From Minisyncoccota bacterium (GTDB lineage Bacteria > Patescibacteriota > Minisyncoccia > Phycocordibacterales > XYD1-FULL-46-19), in NCBI GenBank assembly GCA_041665625.1, contig JBAYIK010000004.1:26503-90502 (forward strand): a stretch of 64,000 nt of DNA, given 5' to 3'. Shown here one piece after another: positions 9,108-18,201 of this stretch (within the stretch, counting starts at the first letter, position 1; every line of letters begins with the position of its first letter). The notes beneath the pieces are model-generated. The model saw only the letters and a list, made by a program, of their open reading frames with translations, searched no databases and was not told the DNA's origin. A program made the position numbers and the translations under genes.

Positions 9108-11732
9108 TTATCTTGATACTTTCAAATCTCTAGTACTCCCACCTTTATTATTATTACATTTTATTTTGTATTCTACTGATTGACCTGACGTGATGGTTAT
9201 ATCAATACTCCCCGATCTCTCAAGACTGGCGCCAACTTCCTTAAGGACAGTTGTTCCGTCGCCGGCAACCCATTTATTATTACTGAGACAATTGTCAGCA
9301 TTTGGTGAATACCAGTAAACGCGGGAGACACCCTCACCCATATCTTTTGCCTTGAAGACGACCCAAGGCTTAAGGCTATCTAAGAGGTCACCAAGAGCTC
9401 CTAGAATTAATTGAATGGCCCCATTGCTTTCTGGGTCAGCTCCTCCGTCTTCGCTAAAGAGTCCTTCAACTAATCCTGTCAGGTCTCCCCAACCGGCACC
9501 TCCTTGGCCATAGTCACCTTCGTCTCCTCCATCGCCACCGGAGCTTCCTCCTCCAGGGTTTGTATTTGGGTCACTCCTAGTGTTGGCCCCCTCATCGGCA
9601 ATATTCTCTAGCGGGGTTATCCCTGGGCCAATTGCTCCCCCTCCGCGGGTCGACGGTTTATTAGTGAGGACCTCGGCAATGTCGGGCCCGTTCTCTGGAG
9701 CAACGTCTGGTTTTGATGTGGCGCCTTTATACTGGTCAAGTCGAGAATTAACGGTTGCCCCATGAACTTCTTTTATGATGCTTCCTGGCTGGATAATTTT
9801 CCACTCAGCGCACTCTTTCCCATCAGCTGATTTTACTACGCAAGTTCTGGTTCCGAGAAACCCCTGCCCTTGAAGAGCCTCATCTCTAGCCGATTGAACG
9901 GCTGTATTTTTGCTGATCTCTACTTGGTCAGCAGCAATAAGGTAACTCCCAAAACGGTTGTTCTTGGGCTCAGCGAGCTTCTTGAAGCTGTTCCAAAATT
10001 CATCGGACTTTGCGAGGTCAGATTTGGCAGGTTCTTCTCCGACAGCAAAAACGTTTCTGCCTGTGAGAAATGCCAGAGGTTTGTTGATGTAACTTAATAA
10101 AGTAGAAATAATAGGAATACGGTTATTTGCTAATAACCCGCGGCCCTCCTTCGTAACTGAATCGGTAGAAGCGACAACCGTACTTGATATTGCCGCCGAA
10201 TCTTCTGGGGTCAGATCGGAGTTTATGGATAGGCTATTGTCATTTTTAAGGTTTTCCATTACAACACTCATGTTTGGGTTGGAGCTACTAGCCAGAGTGG
10301 CGTAGACAACCTTCTCGGCTTCTCGGCTTTGTTCCCCCCAGAAGGCCCGGTTATTTTGCACAAAGAGAGGGCTGTCTGTCACCTCTTTCCCTTCTCCGTC
10401 GATCCTTGACCCTCCTTTTTTTATTGCTCCATTTTCTCCATATTCTGCTTCGGCGTACTTCGCAATTTCTGCAGACTTGGTTCGAGAAACAATGGCATCT
10501 TCCACCATCTTTTTTTCAAATCCTTGCTGAATACGTTTGATCGCGCGGAGGTGGGTACAAATTTGAATAGACAAATTCTTAGTTTGCTCTGTGTAGGTCT
10601 CAATCTTCTTAGTCTGCTTTTTAATGGCTTCAGTTTTGTCCATTAGATCGCCTGCTTGCTCTTGTACCGGGACATAAGTCTGGGCAAAGGCGTTGTTGGC
10701 CTTGAATAGCATGGCAAAAATACTAAAAGGTTTTTGCCAATTGAAGGCAACTGGCCCACAAAGCGCTTGGGCGTCGGGATCAGAAGCAATCTTCCCGTCA
10801 ATAATTGAGCCATCGCTATTTCGCATTACGTCAGCATTGTTCTCTGCTCTGCCTCTAACTTGGGTAGCGTACTCACTATTCATTATTTCATCACCGGCGG
10901 CATCCCAACTGGCTTGATCTCCTGTGCGTTGGGCCTCTCGCATATTGCTATACATATCATCAAACCCATCGACACCTTGTCCTCCGGAAGCTCCCATATT
11001 GAAGCTCATGTCAGTGAGAGTCGTTTGTCTCTCGGGGGTTAGATCATCCCAATTTACCCCATGTCTCTCGGCTGAAGCTTGGGCATTGGTGCGGGCGGTG
11101 GCGTAATCGGCATCAAATAATTGATTGGCTTGTTCTCTTGTCACACCATCAGCGACAGGGAAAGGCTCGTTGCCTGTAATTTGGTGGCCATAGCCCACTG
11201 TTTGGTGCCCTCTGTCGTTGTAAGGATCAGCGGAGAATCCTTCGTTCGCGACAGTGTAGGCTGGGCCATTACCATTTTCACCAGAACAGGCCGGAGGAGG
11301 AGGGTCAGGGATACCGTCTCCATCAGAATCTACTGGAGGTTTATCAGGGTCATAGGCGTCATCTTGCCTAGGTTTTGACCCCCCAGCACCAGTGCCTCCC
11401 ACTTCAGTATTCACAGATTCTTCACCTTTTTTGCAGACCTTGATATCTTCTTCCTCTTGGGCCTTCTTTAATCTCTCGGCTTCAAGCTTCGTCTGAGCAT
11501 CATCCTTCTTTTGTCTCTCAGCGACGGGATCGGTTTGTTCGCCGTCAGTTGGAGCGCCTGTCCCGTCAAGAGGAAAAGCCTCAGGGAAGGCATCTTCCAC
11601 TGGGTTCGTGTCTAGCGGGAGATCTAGAAGTTGAGCCGAAGCACCTCCAGGGAGAAAGGAAAATGGCAAAATCAGCAAAAAAGCGAGCGAGAGTATGCTT
11701 AAAAGTTTTTTTGCTGTGAGTTGGTCTTTCAT
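9108..11732 (-). CDS. Large secreted protein carrying a GH24 (T4-lysozyme-like) peptidoglycan hydrolase domain. It is the VirB1-like cell-wall hydrolase of the T4SS module.
   Basis: Signal peptide. The motif EGFSADPYNDRGHQTVGYGHQITG...TREQANQLFDADY matches the lysozyme catalytic region E..D..TIGYGH. Gly-rich C-terminal region. Confidence 0.7.
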   Translation of the reverse strand: MKDQLTAKKLLSILSLAFLLILPFSFLPGGASAQLLDLPLDTNPVEDAFPEAFPLDGTGAPTDGEQTDPVAERQKKDDAQTKLEAERLKKAQEEEDIKVCKKGEESVNTEVGGTGAGGSKPRQDDAYDPDKPPVDSDGDGIPDPPPPACSGENGNGPAYTVANEGFSADPYNDRGHQTVGYGHQITGNEPFPVADGVTREQANQLFDADYATARTNAQASAERHGVNWDDLTPERQTTLTDMSFNMGASGGQGVDGFDDMYSNMREAQRTGDQASWDAAGDEIMNSEYATQVRGRAENNADVMRNSDGSIIDGKIASDPDAQALCGPVAFNWQKPFSIFAMLFKANNAFAQTYVPVQEQAGDLMDKTEAIKKQTKKIETYTEQTKNLSIQICTHLRAIKRIQQGFEKKMVEDAIVSRTKSAEIAKYAEAEYGENGAIKKGGSRIDGEGKEVTDSPLFVQNNRAFWGEQSREAEKVVYATLASSSNPNMSVVMENLKNDNSLSINSDLTPEDSAAISSTVVASTDSVTKEGRGLLANNRIPIISTLLSYINKPLAFLTGRNVFAVGEEPAKSDLAKSDEFWNSFKKLAEPKNNRFGSYLIAADQVEISKNTAVQSARDEALQGQGFLGTRTCVVKSADGKECAEWKIIQPGSIIKEVHGATVNSRLDQYKGATSKPDVAPENGPDIAEVLTNKPSTRGGGAIGPGITPLENIADEGANTRSDPNTNPGGGSSGGDGGDEGDYGQGGAGWGDLTGLVEGLFSEDGGADPESNGAIQLILGALGDLLDSLKPWVVFKAKDMGEGVSRVYWYSPNADNCLSNNKWVAGDGTTVLKEVGASLERSGSIDITITSGQSVEYKIKCNNNKGGSTRDLKVSR

Positions 11733-11733
11733 T

Positions 11734-12486
11734 TTACTGGGTATAACTAATGAAAACGTTTATTTGATCTTTAGGGTTCAATGTAAGGCCTTTGTCAGAA
11801 ATATATTGATTTAGGTCACCAAGAGATTTAAGGAATACCTCATAGGTAGTCATAAAAGATTTGCTGTTCACGAGGGCCGATTGTGGTTGGTCTGTCGCCG
11901 TCTCCATGTCACGGAGTATGCTAACTAGGAAATTGATGTCGCCAATGATCTTCTTGTGTTGGGCGGAAAGCTCCTTGGGGACAATAACTTGGGCAAGGTT
12001 TTTAGAAGCTGCTTGATGATAAATTCTTGATTCAACTACGGGGCGAAGTAAGGAAGCATCATTTTTATCTATGGCGAAAATTACGGCTTGGGGCTCATTT
12101 CCTCTCTTGATGTTTAGCGGTTTAAGGGCTGAGATGACGGCTAGATTATAAGCTTGAAGTTGGGCTGTCAGGGTGGCTGTTGAAGTTGAGATGATTAGGT
12201 TGGGCGTTTTTTCTATTAGAGTCTTCGTTTTCTCATCGTTCTGAAGTCCCTTTATAGCAACCGCTTCAATATTCTTTTGTTTAGCGAGAAACTCTTCGGT
12301 ATAGCGAGCTAATTTAGCTTCTTTTTCTTGACGTGCGCGATAGCCGGTATACCACAAAATACTAATGGTAATTACCACTAGGACAATTACTAGCCATATT
12401 ACTCTTTTGCTTGGTAGCTTACTCAATTGTGCTTTAATTATACTACTTAATCTTACTTTTATGCACGTTAAATAGTGGATAAACAA
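11734..12486 (-). CDS. Membrane-anchored protein of unknown function. It is the last gene of the T4SS-like operon or a neighbour of it.
   Basis: 250 aa with one N-terminal transmembrane helix ([16 protein letters not shown]). Confidence 0.45.
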   Translation of the reverse strand: MFIHYLTCIKVRLSSIIKAQLSKLPSKRVIWLVIVLVVITISILWYTGYRARQEKEAKLARYTEEFLAKQKNIEAVAIKGLQNDEKTKTLIEKTPNLIISTSTATLTAQLQAYNLAVISALKPLNIKRGNEPQAVIFAIDKNDASLLRPVVESRIYHQAASKNLAQVIVPKELSAQHKKIIGDINFLVSILRDMETATDQPQSALVNSKSFMTTYEVFLKSLGDLNQYISDKGLTLNPKDQINVFISYTQ

Positions 12487-12521
12487 CTGATTTTGGTTTA
12501 TTATTAATTTGGTTTTACTTT

Positions 12522-13310
12522 ATGTTTAAAAAATACTCTAAATTAAATTTTTCTCTTGCTGTTTTGGTCATAATTTTAGGATCACTTCCCTTGTCTGTCC
12601 GTGCTGCTGGAACAACTAAAGTCTTGAATATTGGATCTCAGGGGGCAGTGGTCCAAACTCTTCAAGTCGTCTTAAATCTTGATCCAGCAACCAAGGTAAG
12701 TTTGGTTGGGGCGGGGGCTCCTGGCCAAGAGACAAGCTATTTTGGGGAAAAAACCCGTTCGGCTGTTATTAAATTCCAGAAGAAATACCATATTACTGGG
12801 GAAAATGGCCAAATTGGCCCCAAAACTCTTCAGCTAATCAATTATTTGGGCCCCAAAATGGTTCTGGCCAAAAAGAAGAAGATTGAGCTTGTCCCCACTG
12901 ATTGGCCAGAGCCTGGTATTACCGATACGGCTATTCCTGCCACAAAAAGTCACACTTCCCAGCCATCCACGGCTAAAAAGGCTGTTGCCGTAAAGAAAAT
13001 TGCTCCTAAATTATTGTCTCTCTCGCCTCAAACTGTGATTAGCGGTAGCAATGTGACCCTTCGAGGTGAAGGTTTTACTAAGACAGGCAACACTGTTGTG
13101 ACCAAGTTCGAGTCGGTAGCGAATGTCCCCTCAACTGACGGCCAGACTTTAAGTTTCCGTTTTTCTATCCCTCTGAGTGATAAAGTTTTGAATATTATAA
13201 ACTCCCTCCCCCAGGCGGCAGTGCCCTCTCTCTCTGTTCCTATATCTGTTTATGTCACAAATGCTAATGGAAAGAGTGGAGAACTTACTTTTAACTATCA
13301 AATAAGATAA
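12522..13310 (+). CDS. Secreted protein with a peptidoglycan-binding (PG_binding_1-like) domain.
   Basis: Signal peptide. The motif [27 protein letters not shown] matches the PG-binding domain. The same domain type recurs at the C-terminus of the ORF at 59495-62827. Confidence 0.55.
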   Translation: MFKKYSKLNFSLAVLVIILGSLPLSVRAAGTTKVLNIGSQGAVVQTLQVVLNLDPATKVSLVGAGAPGQETSYFGEKTRSAVIKFQKKYHITGENGQIGPKTLQLINYLGPKMVLAKKKKIELVPTDWPEPGITDTAIPATKSHTSQPSTAKKAVAVKKIAPKLLSLSPQTVISGSNVTLRGEGFTKTGNTVVTKFESVANVPSTDGQTLSFRFSIPLSDKVLNIINSLPQAAVPSLSVPISVYVTNANGKSGELTFNYQIR

Positions 13311-13314
13311 AGAA

Positions 13315-14262
13315 ATGAAGCTTCTCACCCAGATAACTGTTTTATTACTTATTATAAGTTCTTTTTCGTTTCTACCTATGAAAGAAGCTCAGGCGACGGC
13401 CGGCCAGACTCCTTTTGGTGGCTTTTCTCTCTTTGTTGTTGTCTGTACCGCTTCGGGGGGAAATCTATTGGTTATTCATAGTGCCGTGGCGGGCCCTCCG
13501 GACGTTATTTTTAATTATGCATCAAGCCGGCTCTATCCCTATGGCAATATAAGAAATTCGGGGAATTGGCTCCTTGGTAATTTATCGGGGGAACAAGAGT
13601 GTGCCATTTGGGTTGGCCCTTATCGGGTTAGTCTTGGAACTCATCCCCTTATTTCTCTTGTCGGGACATCTGATCCTGGTCATGTTGCTAGGTCTGGTTC
13701 TTCTGGTGAAGGTGATGAGGGGGATGAGCCTGCTCCTCCTGATGACCAAGAACTTCCTCCCGAGGAAGAGGTACCTCCTCCGACAACTCCCGCTGGGGCC
13801 TGCGGTGAAACTCCGGCCGAGAACGGACAAACCGAGGACGAAACACGGTCAGACTTGGCTGCCAGTGGGGTCCAGGTTGATCCAGCTCTTTCTAAAACTT
13901 TGTCTCCCGTTGGCAAGCTCCCCAATAATGCCATCTCTGGCATGAAGGACCTGAAGCAAGATTGTGGACCTAATTGTAAAGTTCTTGTAACGAGTGGTGC
14001 CAGACAACCAGGAAACCCTACTCCCCCAGGAGCTCATGGTACGGGTAAGCCAGTTTTTGATCTGAATAAGGATAAAGGGGCTGGTGGTTTAGATGAATAT
14101 ATTAAGAACAACTCATCGCGTAATTATTATGATAATTTAGGTACTCACTATGTGATGCCTAATGGCGATGAATATCTAGATGAGAATTATGGTGCTACCG
14201 GGGGGACCGGTGCCCACTGGCATGTTCGTATCAATGCTAATCATTGTCCCCCTACCGCTTAA
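13315..14262 (+). CDS. Secreted protein of unknown function with a Pro/Glu-rich linker.
   Basis: Signal peptide MKLLTQITVLLLIISSFSFLP. Low-complexity acidic/Pro linker. Confidence 0.45.
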   Translation: MKLLTQITVLLLIISSFSFLPMKEAQATAGQTPFGGFSLFVVVCTASGGNLLVIHSAVAGPPDVIFNYASSRLYPYGNIRNSGNWLLGNLSGEQECAIWVGPYRVSLGTHPLISLVGTSDPGHVARSGSSGEGDEGDEPAPPDDQELPPEEEVPPPTTPAGACGETPAENGQTEDETRSDLAASGVQVDPALSKTLSPVGKLPNNAISGMKDLKQDCGPNCKVLVTSGARQPGNPTPPGAHGTGKPVFDLNKDKGAGGLDEYIKNNSSRNYYDNLGTHYVMPNGDEYLDENYGATGGTGAHWHVRINANHCPPTA

Positions 14263-14678
14263 ATTATTCCCGTGTTGACTTCCAGCGCATAACTAGTGCT
14301 CGTTGGAGAATAAAAAACTTGAGGGTAAGAACTTGGCGAAAGATTCTTGGTCACACCAAGAATCTTTTTGTTTTTATCTAACCAAATGATGTCGATAGGG
14401 AAATTCATTTCTTTCATCCAGAAACTATAGACCCCGGGTTTGTCAAAAACAAAGAGAAGGCCAGTGCTGGTGGCCAAACTCGCTCTTCCGGAGAGACCCT
14501 TATCCATTTTCTCCTTGGTGTCGGCGATCTCGAGATCAAATGCTTTGTTATTTATAGTTATTTTTTCCTCAGGAATTTTTTCTTGGAAAAGATTATAAAT
14601 CCGATCGCTATTGATAACGATCAAAATCAAAATAATTATTAAAACTAAAGTTAGTTTTTTATTTTTTGACTGAGGCAT
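14259..14678 (-). CDS. DUF192-family protein (COG1430-like).
   Basis: The motif LLFVFDKPGVYSFWMKEMNFPIDIIWLD matches DUF192. The start was placed at the internal Met (MPQSKNKK) to avoid overlap with rsmA. Confidence 0.55.
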   Translation of the reverse strand: MPQSKNKKLTLVLIIILILIVINSDRIYNLFQEKIPEEKITINNKAFDLEIADTKEKMDKGLSGRASLATSTGLLFVFDKPGVYSFWMKEMNFPIDIIWLDKNKKILGVTKNLSPSSYPQVFYSPTSTSYALEVNTGII

Positions 14679-15457
14679 TGCCAGTTTTCTAGATTTAGGT
14701 CCTCGGCACGAGCTTTGGGTGTGAGCTGACAAGAAATTAAAACTTCCTCCCCTACTCCCAGATTACCCCGTAAGAGCTTTCTCTTTTGGGAAAAACCTTT
14801 TTTAAGCAGTTCAAAAAAATCTTCTTCTTTTATTTTTTCTTCAGCCTCTTTTTTGGGTAAAAAGAAATCACGAGAGATATTTTTTATTTGTAAGATTGCT
14901 GAGTCAACATTTGGTTTAGGTTCGAAGGCTCCGGCCGGCACGGTCTTAATATATTTTGGTTCGCCATAAACCTTGACTGAGATAGAAAGAATGCTTTCCT
15001 TTTTGTCACTGGCGACAATTCTTCTCGCTACCTCCTTTTGCACCATTAAGACCATCAGACTTGGTTGGAGCTCTTCTTCGCTTAAAAATTTTCTGATAAC
15101 TTGCCCGGTAATGTAATAAGGAATATTGGCGATGAGCTTATAAGGGGCGCCAATGACTTTCCAAGTTTCAGAAAAATTAAGTTTGAGAACATCGTCGTGA
15201 ATTAAAGTTAGGGATCCGTCATTGATTTGATCGATAAATTTTTCTTGCAAGAATTCAATCAGGCGGTCATCTTTCTCTATGGCCATAACTTTGCAGCCTC
15301 CGATTAGCAATTCTTTAGTTAAGGCTCCTTGTCCAGGGCCAATCTCTAAGACCCAGTCTCCTGGTTGGAGCTCTCCTGCTCTTATAATGTCTAAGAGGGC
15401 GCTCTTGGACTTGAGCCAATTTTGGCCCAGTGACTTTTTTGCCTTGATGTTATCCAT
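14651..15457 (-). CDS. rsmA: 16S rRNA (adenine1518/1519-N6)-dimethyltransferase RsmA/KsgA.
   Basis: SLGQNWL...LEIGPGQGALT SAM-binding signature, collinear with KsgA. Confidence 0.9.
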   Translation of the reverse strand: MDNIKAKKSLGQNWLKSKSALLDIIRAGELQPGDWVLEIGPGQGALTKELLIGGCKVMAIEKDDRLIEFLQEKFIDQINDGSLTLIHDDVLKLNFSETWKVIGAPYKLIANIPYYITGQVIRKFLSEEELQPSLMVLMVQKEVARRIVASDKKESILSISVKVYGEPKYIKTVPAGAFEPKPNVDSAILQIKNISRDFFLPKKEAEEKIKEEDFFELLKKGFSQKRKLLRGNLGVGEEVLISCQLTPKARAEDLNLENWQCLSQKIKN

Positions 15458-15496
15458 GCCTTTAATTATGCCTTAAATCAAGGGTTTTTGGCACCT

Positions 15497-15525
15497 TGAC
15501 AAGATTGGATAAAAGGTGTATAATA
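15497..15525 (+). promoter_or_regulatory. Consensus sigma70-like promoter, TTGACA-17 nt-TATAAT.
   Basis: Exact TTGACA at 15497-15502, a 17-nt spacer, then exact TATAAT at 15520-15525. Confidence 0.5.
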
Positions 15526-15592
15526 GAATTAGAAGAGTTGTAGAGGGTTGTCAATCGAATCACCGAACTGCGCTTTGCGCGGGAGAAGAATC

Positions 15593-15721
15593 ATGAAGAC
15601 GAAAAAGAAAGGCTTTTCATTCGCATTTGAGTACCTTGTGATGGGGGGAGCCATCCTCTTCATCGGCGCCGTCCTCTTTGGGGCGGCTTTCATCGGCTTC
15701 TGCTTCCTTCCCCCGTCGTGA
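15593..15721 (+). CDS. Small hydrophobic peptide of 42 aa, a single-transmembrane micro-protein.
   Basis: GGGAG ribosome-binding site 8 nt upstream of the ATG. Translation is MKTKKKGFSFAFEYLVMGGAILFIGAVLFGAAFIGFCFLPPS. A consensus promoter lies upstream and an intrinsic terminator downstream. Absent from the ORF track because it is shorter than 60 aa. Confidence 0.35.
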   Translation: MKTKKKGFSFAFEYLVMGGAILFIGAVLFGAAFIGFCFLPPS

Positions 15722-15736
15722 CCCCGTTCTCGTTGC

Positions 15737-15798
15737 CACCCGGCGACACAAACACTCGGCTATCGAGGTTTAGTCGTCGGGTGTTTTGTTTGTGTTTT
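15737..15798 (+). terminator. Intrinsic terminator: an 11-bp stem with one G-U pair, followed by a U-rich tract.
   Basis: CACCCGGCGAC pairs with GTCGTCGGGTG, followed by TTTTGTTTGTGTTTT. Confidence 0.5.
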
Positions 15799-15829
15799 GC
15801 GAAATCCAATTTCGCAAAATAAGGGTATT

Positions 15830-17719
15830 TTAGATAATCGTCCAGAGACCGGACTCGGTCTCAATGAGATTCTCATCAATGTCGAAGATGAACTCAGAGG
15901 GCATATTAACGCGACGTTGGCCGAAGACTTGGCGGGTTTGGGCATAAGATAAGTAGAGTTTATGACGAGCGCGGGTAACGGCAACATAGAAAAGACGCCT
16001 CTCTTCCTCGGTGTCACGTTTGCCATCTCCCATCCCCGCATGAGGGAAGAGGTCTTGCTCGAGACCCGTAATAAAAACATAATCAAACTCCAGCCCTTTG
16101 GCGGCGTGCACTGTCATTAATTTAATTCCGGACTTAGGCTGATCAAGTTCGTCTTGATCGCTGGCGAGTGCAATCTCCGTCATCATGGCCTCTATTGCCT
16201 CTTCTGGTGGTAGAGCGTCATATTTGGTGGCGACGTTAACTAATTCTTTTATGTTCTCAAGTCTTTCTTGCCCATCTTCACCATCTTCTTTAAGACTTTT
16301 TTCTAGGCCTGTTTTATCAAGAATGAATTTTATTAATTCAGATGGTTTATTTTGAATCGCAAAATCACTAACTTCGCCTAAAATTTTTTTGAATTGCGAA
16401 ATCTTTAGCTTCATCCCCGCTGGGAGTTCTTCGAACTGTCCGGCGGCCAATTTCATTAAGGTTGTTTTGCCGATCCCTCTTGGGGGAACATTAATGACAC
16501 GCTTCATATTTTCCCAATCCTCTGGATTAAGCGCCGCGCGAACGAAGGCGACTATGTCTTTAATTTCCTTACGGTCGAAGAATCGAGTGCCCAGAACTTG
16601 ATAGGGCACGTCGACTTGAAGGCAGGCCTCTTCGAGAACACGAGATTGAAAATTCGCGCGGTAAAGAACGGCGATCTCGTTGGGGGTGACACCGCTATTT
16701 ATTAATTCCTTAGCTTTTTGGGCCATGAAGCTCGCTTCATCTCCTTCTTCCATACCAGTATAGAGACCAATCTGTGCACCCTCTTTGTTCTTGGTAAAGA
16801 GCTTTTTCTCGTGACGCTGTTTATTTTTCTCAATTACTTGGTTGGCAGCGCTAAGGATTGTCTGAGTGGAACGATAATTCTCCTCTAAGAGTACCATTTT
16901 GGATCCTTTATAATCTTTTTCGAAGCGCATTAAGTTGGTAAAGTCGGCACCCCGCCAGCCATAGATGGATTGATCCATATCGCCCACGACGCAGATATTC
17001 TTATATTTCTCAGCCAGTAGGTTAGTTAATTCATATTGTACAACATTGGTATCCTGATATTCGTCGATATGAATATACTTGAAGCGGTCTTGGTAAGAAG
17101 CGAGAATGTCAGGGTTCGTTTTGAATAGCTCAACTGTTTTTAAGAGTAAGTCATCGAAGTCAAGAGCTTTATTTGTTTTGAGTAGCTCATCATATCTTGT
17201 CCAAATTTGGCTAATTATTTTGCCATAGATGTTGGTTGATTGAGTAGCCGCAAATTCTTTGGCATTAACATTGTCCCCTTTTTGCTTAGAGATGGCATTC
17301 AAGACTTTCTTAGGCTCGAAACGCTTCTCGTCGATGCTCATGGCCCGCATGGCTTCTTTAACTTTTGCCACGGATTCGTCACGGTCAAAGATTGAGAAGT
17401 GAGGAGAAAGACCAAGTCTGGCTCCACTGTGGCGCAAGACATAGACACCAAAAGAGTGGAAGGTGGTGAGCATTGGTGCCCCCTTCTTGTCCCCGTCTAA
17501 TAATTTTTCCACTCTTTCGCGCATTTCCCGAGCGGCCTTATTGGTAAAGGTGATCGCCAAGATATTCTCAGGGGCAATGCCTGATTTTATGAGGTGCAAG
17601 ATGCGGTAAGCGATGGTTCTGGTCTTCCCTGCTCCGGCCCCAGCAATCACTAATAAGGGCCCTTCTTGGTATTCCACCGCTTCTCTTTGTGGGGCGTTTA
17701 ATTGATTTAGATAATTCAT
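15830..17719 (-). CDS. pcrA: UvrD/PcrA-family ATP-dependent DNA helicase.
   Basis: N-terminus LNAPQREAV...GAGAGKTRT Walker A motif and the UvrD motif set. Confidence 0.9.
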   Translation of the reverse strand: MNYLNQLNAPQREAVEYQEGPLLVIAGAGAGKTRTIAYRILHLIKSGIAPENILAITFTNKAAREMRERVEKLLDGDKKGAPMLTTFHSFGVYVLRHSGARLGLSPHFSIFDRDESVAKVKEAMRAMSIDEKRFEPKKVLNAISKQKGDNVNAKEFAATQSTNIYGKIISQIWTRYDELLKTNKALDFDDLLLKTVELFKTNPDILASYQDRFKYIHIDEYQDTNVVQYELTNLLAEKYKNICVVGDMDQSIYGWRGADFTNLMRFEKDYKGSKMVLLEENYRSTQTILSAANQVIEKNKQRHEKKLFTKNKEGAQIGLYTGMEEGDEASFMAQKAKELINSGVTPNEIAVLYRANFQSRVLEEACLQVDVPYQVLGTRFFDRKEIKDIVAFVRAALNPEDWENMKRVINVPPRGIGKTTLMKLAAGQFEELPAGMKLKISQFKKILGEVSDFAIQNKPSELIKFILDKTGLEKSLKEDGEDGQERLENIKELVNVATKYDALPPEEAIEAMMTEIALASDQDELDQPKSGIKLMTVHAAKGLEFDYVFITGLEQDLFPHAGMGDGKRDTEEERRLFYVAVTRARHKLYLSYAQTRQVFGQRRVNMPSEFIFDIDENLIETESGLWTII

Positions 17720-17781
17720 ATTTTTTATAGACTGTTAAACTATAACATACTATAATTGAGGATATAAATAATAACTTTAAT

Positions 17782-18201
17782 ATGAATAATCTTGAACTAG
17801 AAATTGCTCAATTGCAGCAGAAGATCGAAGAGAAAAAGAACCAACTCGAACAGCAGGGTGGCATTGTCGAAGAGAAGGAACTCGTGGGAAGTGCTTTGCG
17901 TGAGATTTTTACTGGTGCTAGCGCTCCAAGTGGGGCTAGTTTGCCAGCTACTTCGGCGGCCGTTACTGCTAAAGCGAGCACTGTAACCGACGATAAGAGC
18001 ATTAGTTACCTTGATAATATTGATGACCAGACAGCTGAGACTATCAGTCTTATTATCCAGAAGCTCCCCGAGACCGGCATTGCTAAAGCGGTCTCTGAAG
18101 CTGAATTGGCTGGGCCATTTCTCGTTGATGTCCTCCATGATGCTCTCGTTGATCGTATGTATGACGAATTAGTTCAAAGAGGTTTTATTAAAACAAAATA
18201 A
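17782..18201 (+). CDS. Hypothetical protein with an N-terminal coiled coil, translationally coupled to the downstream ATPase.
   Basis: Its stop overlaps the ATG at 18201. Confidence 0.4.
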   Translation: MNNLELEIAQLQQKIEEKKNQLEQQGGIVEEKELVGSALREIFTGASAPSGASLPATSAAVTAKASTVTDDKSISYLDNIDDQTAETISLIIQKLPETGIAKAVSEAELAGPFLVDVLHDALVDRMYDELVQRGFIKTK

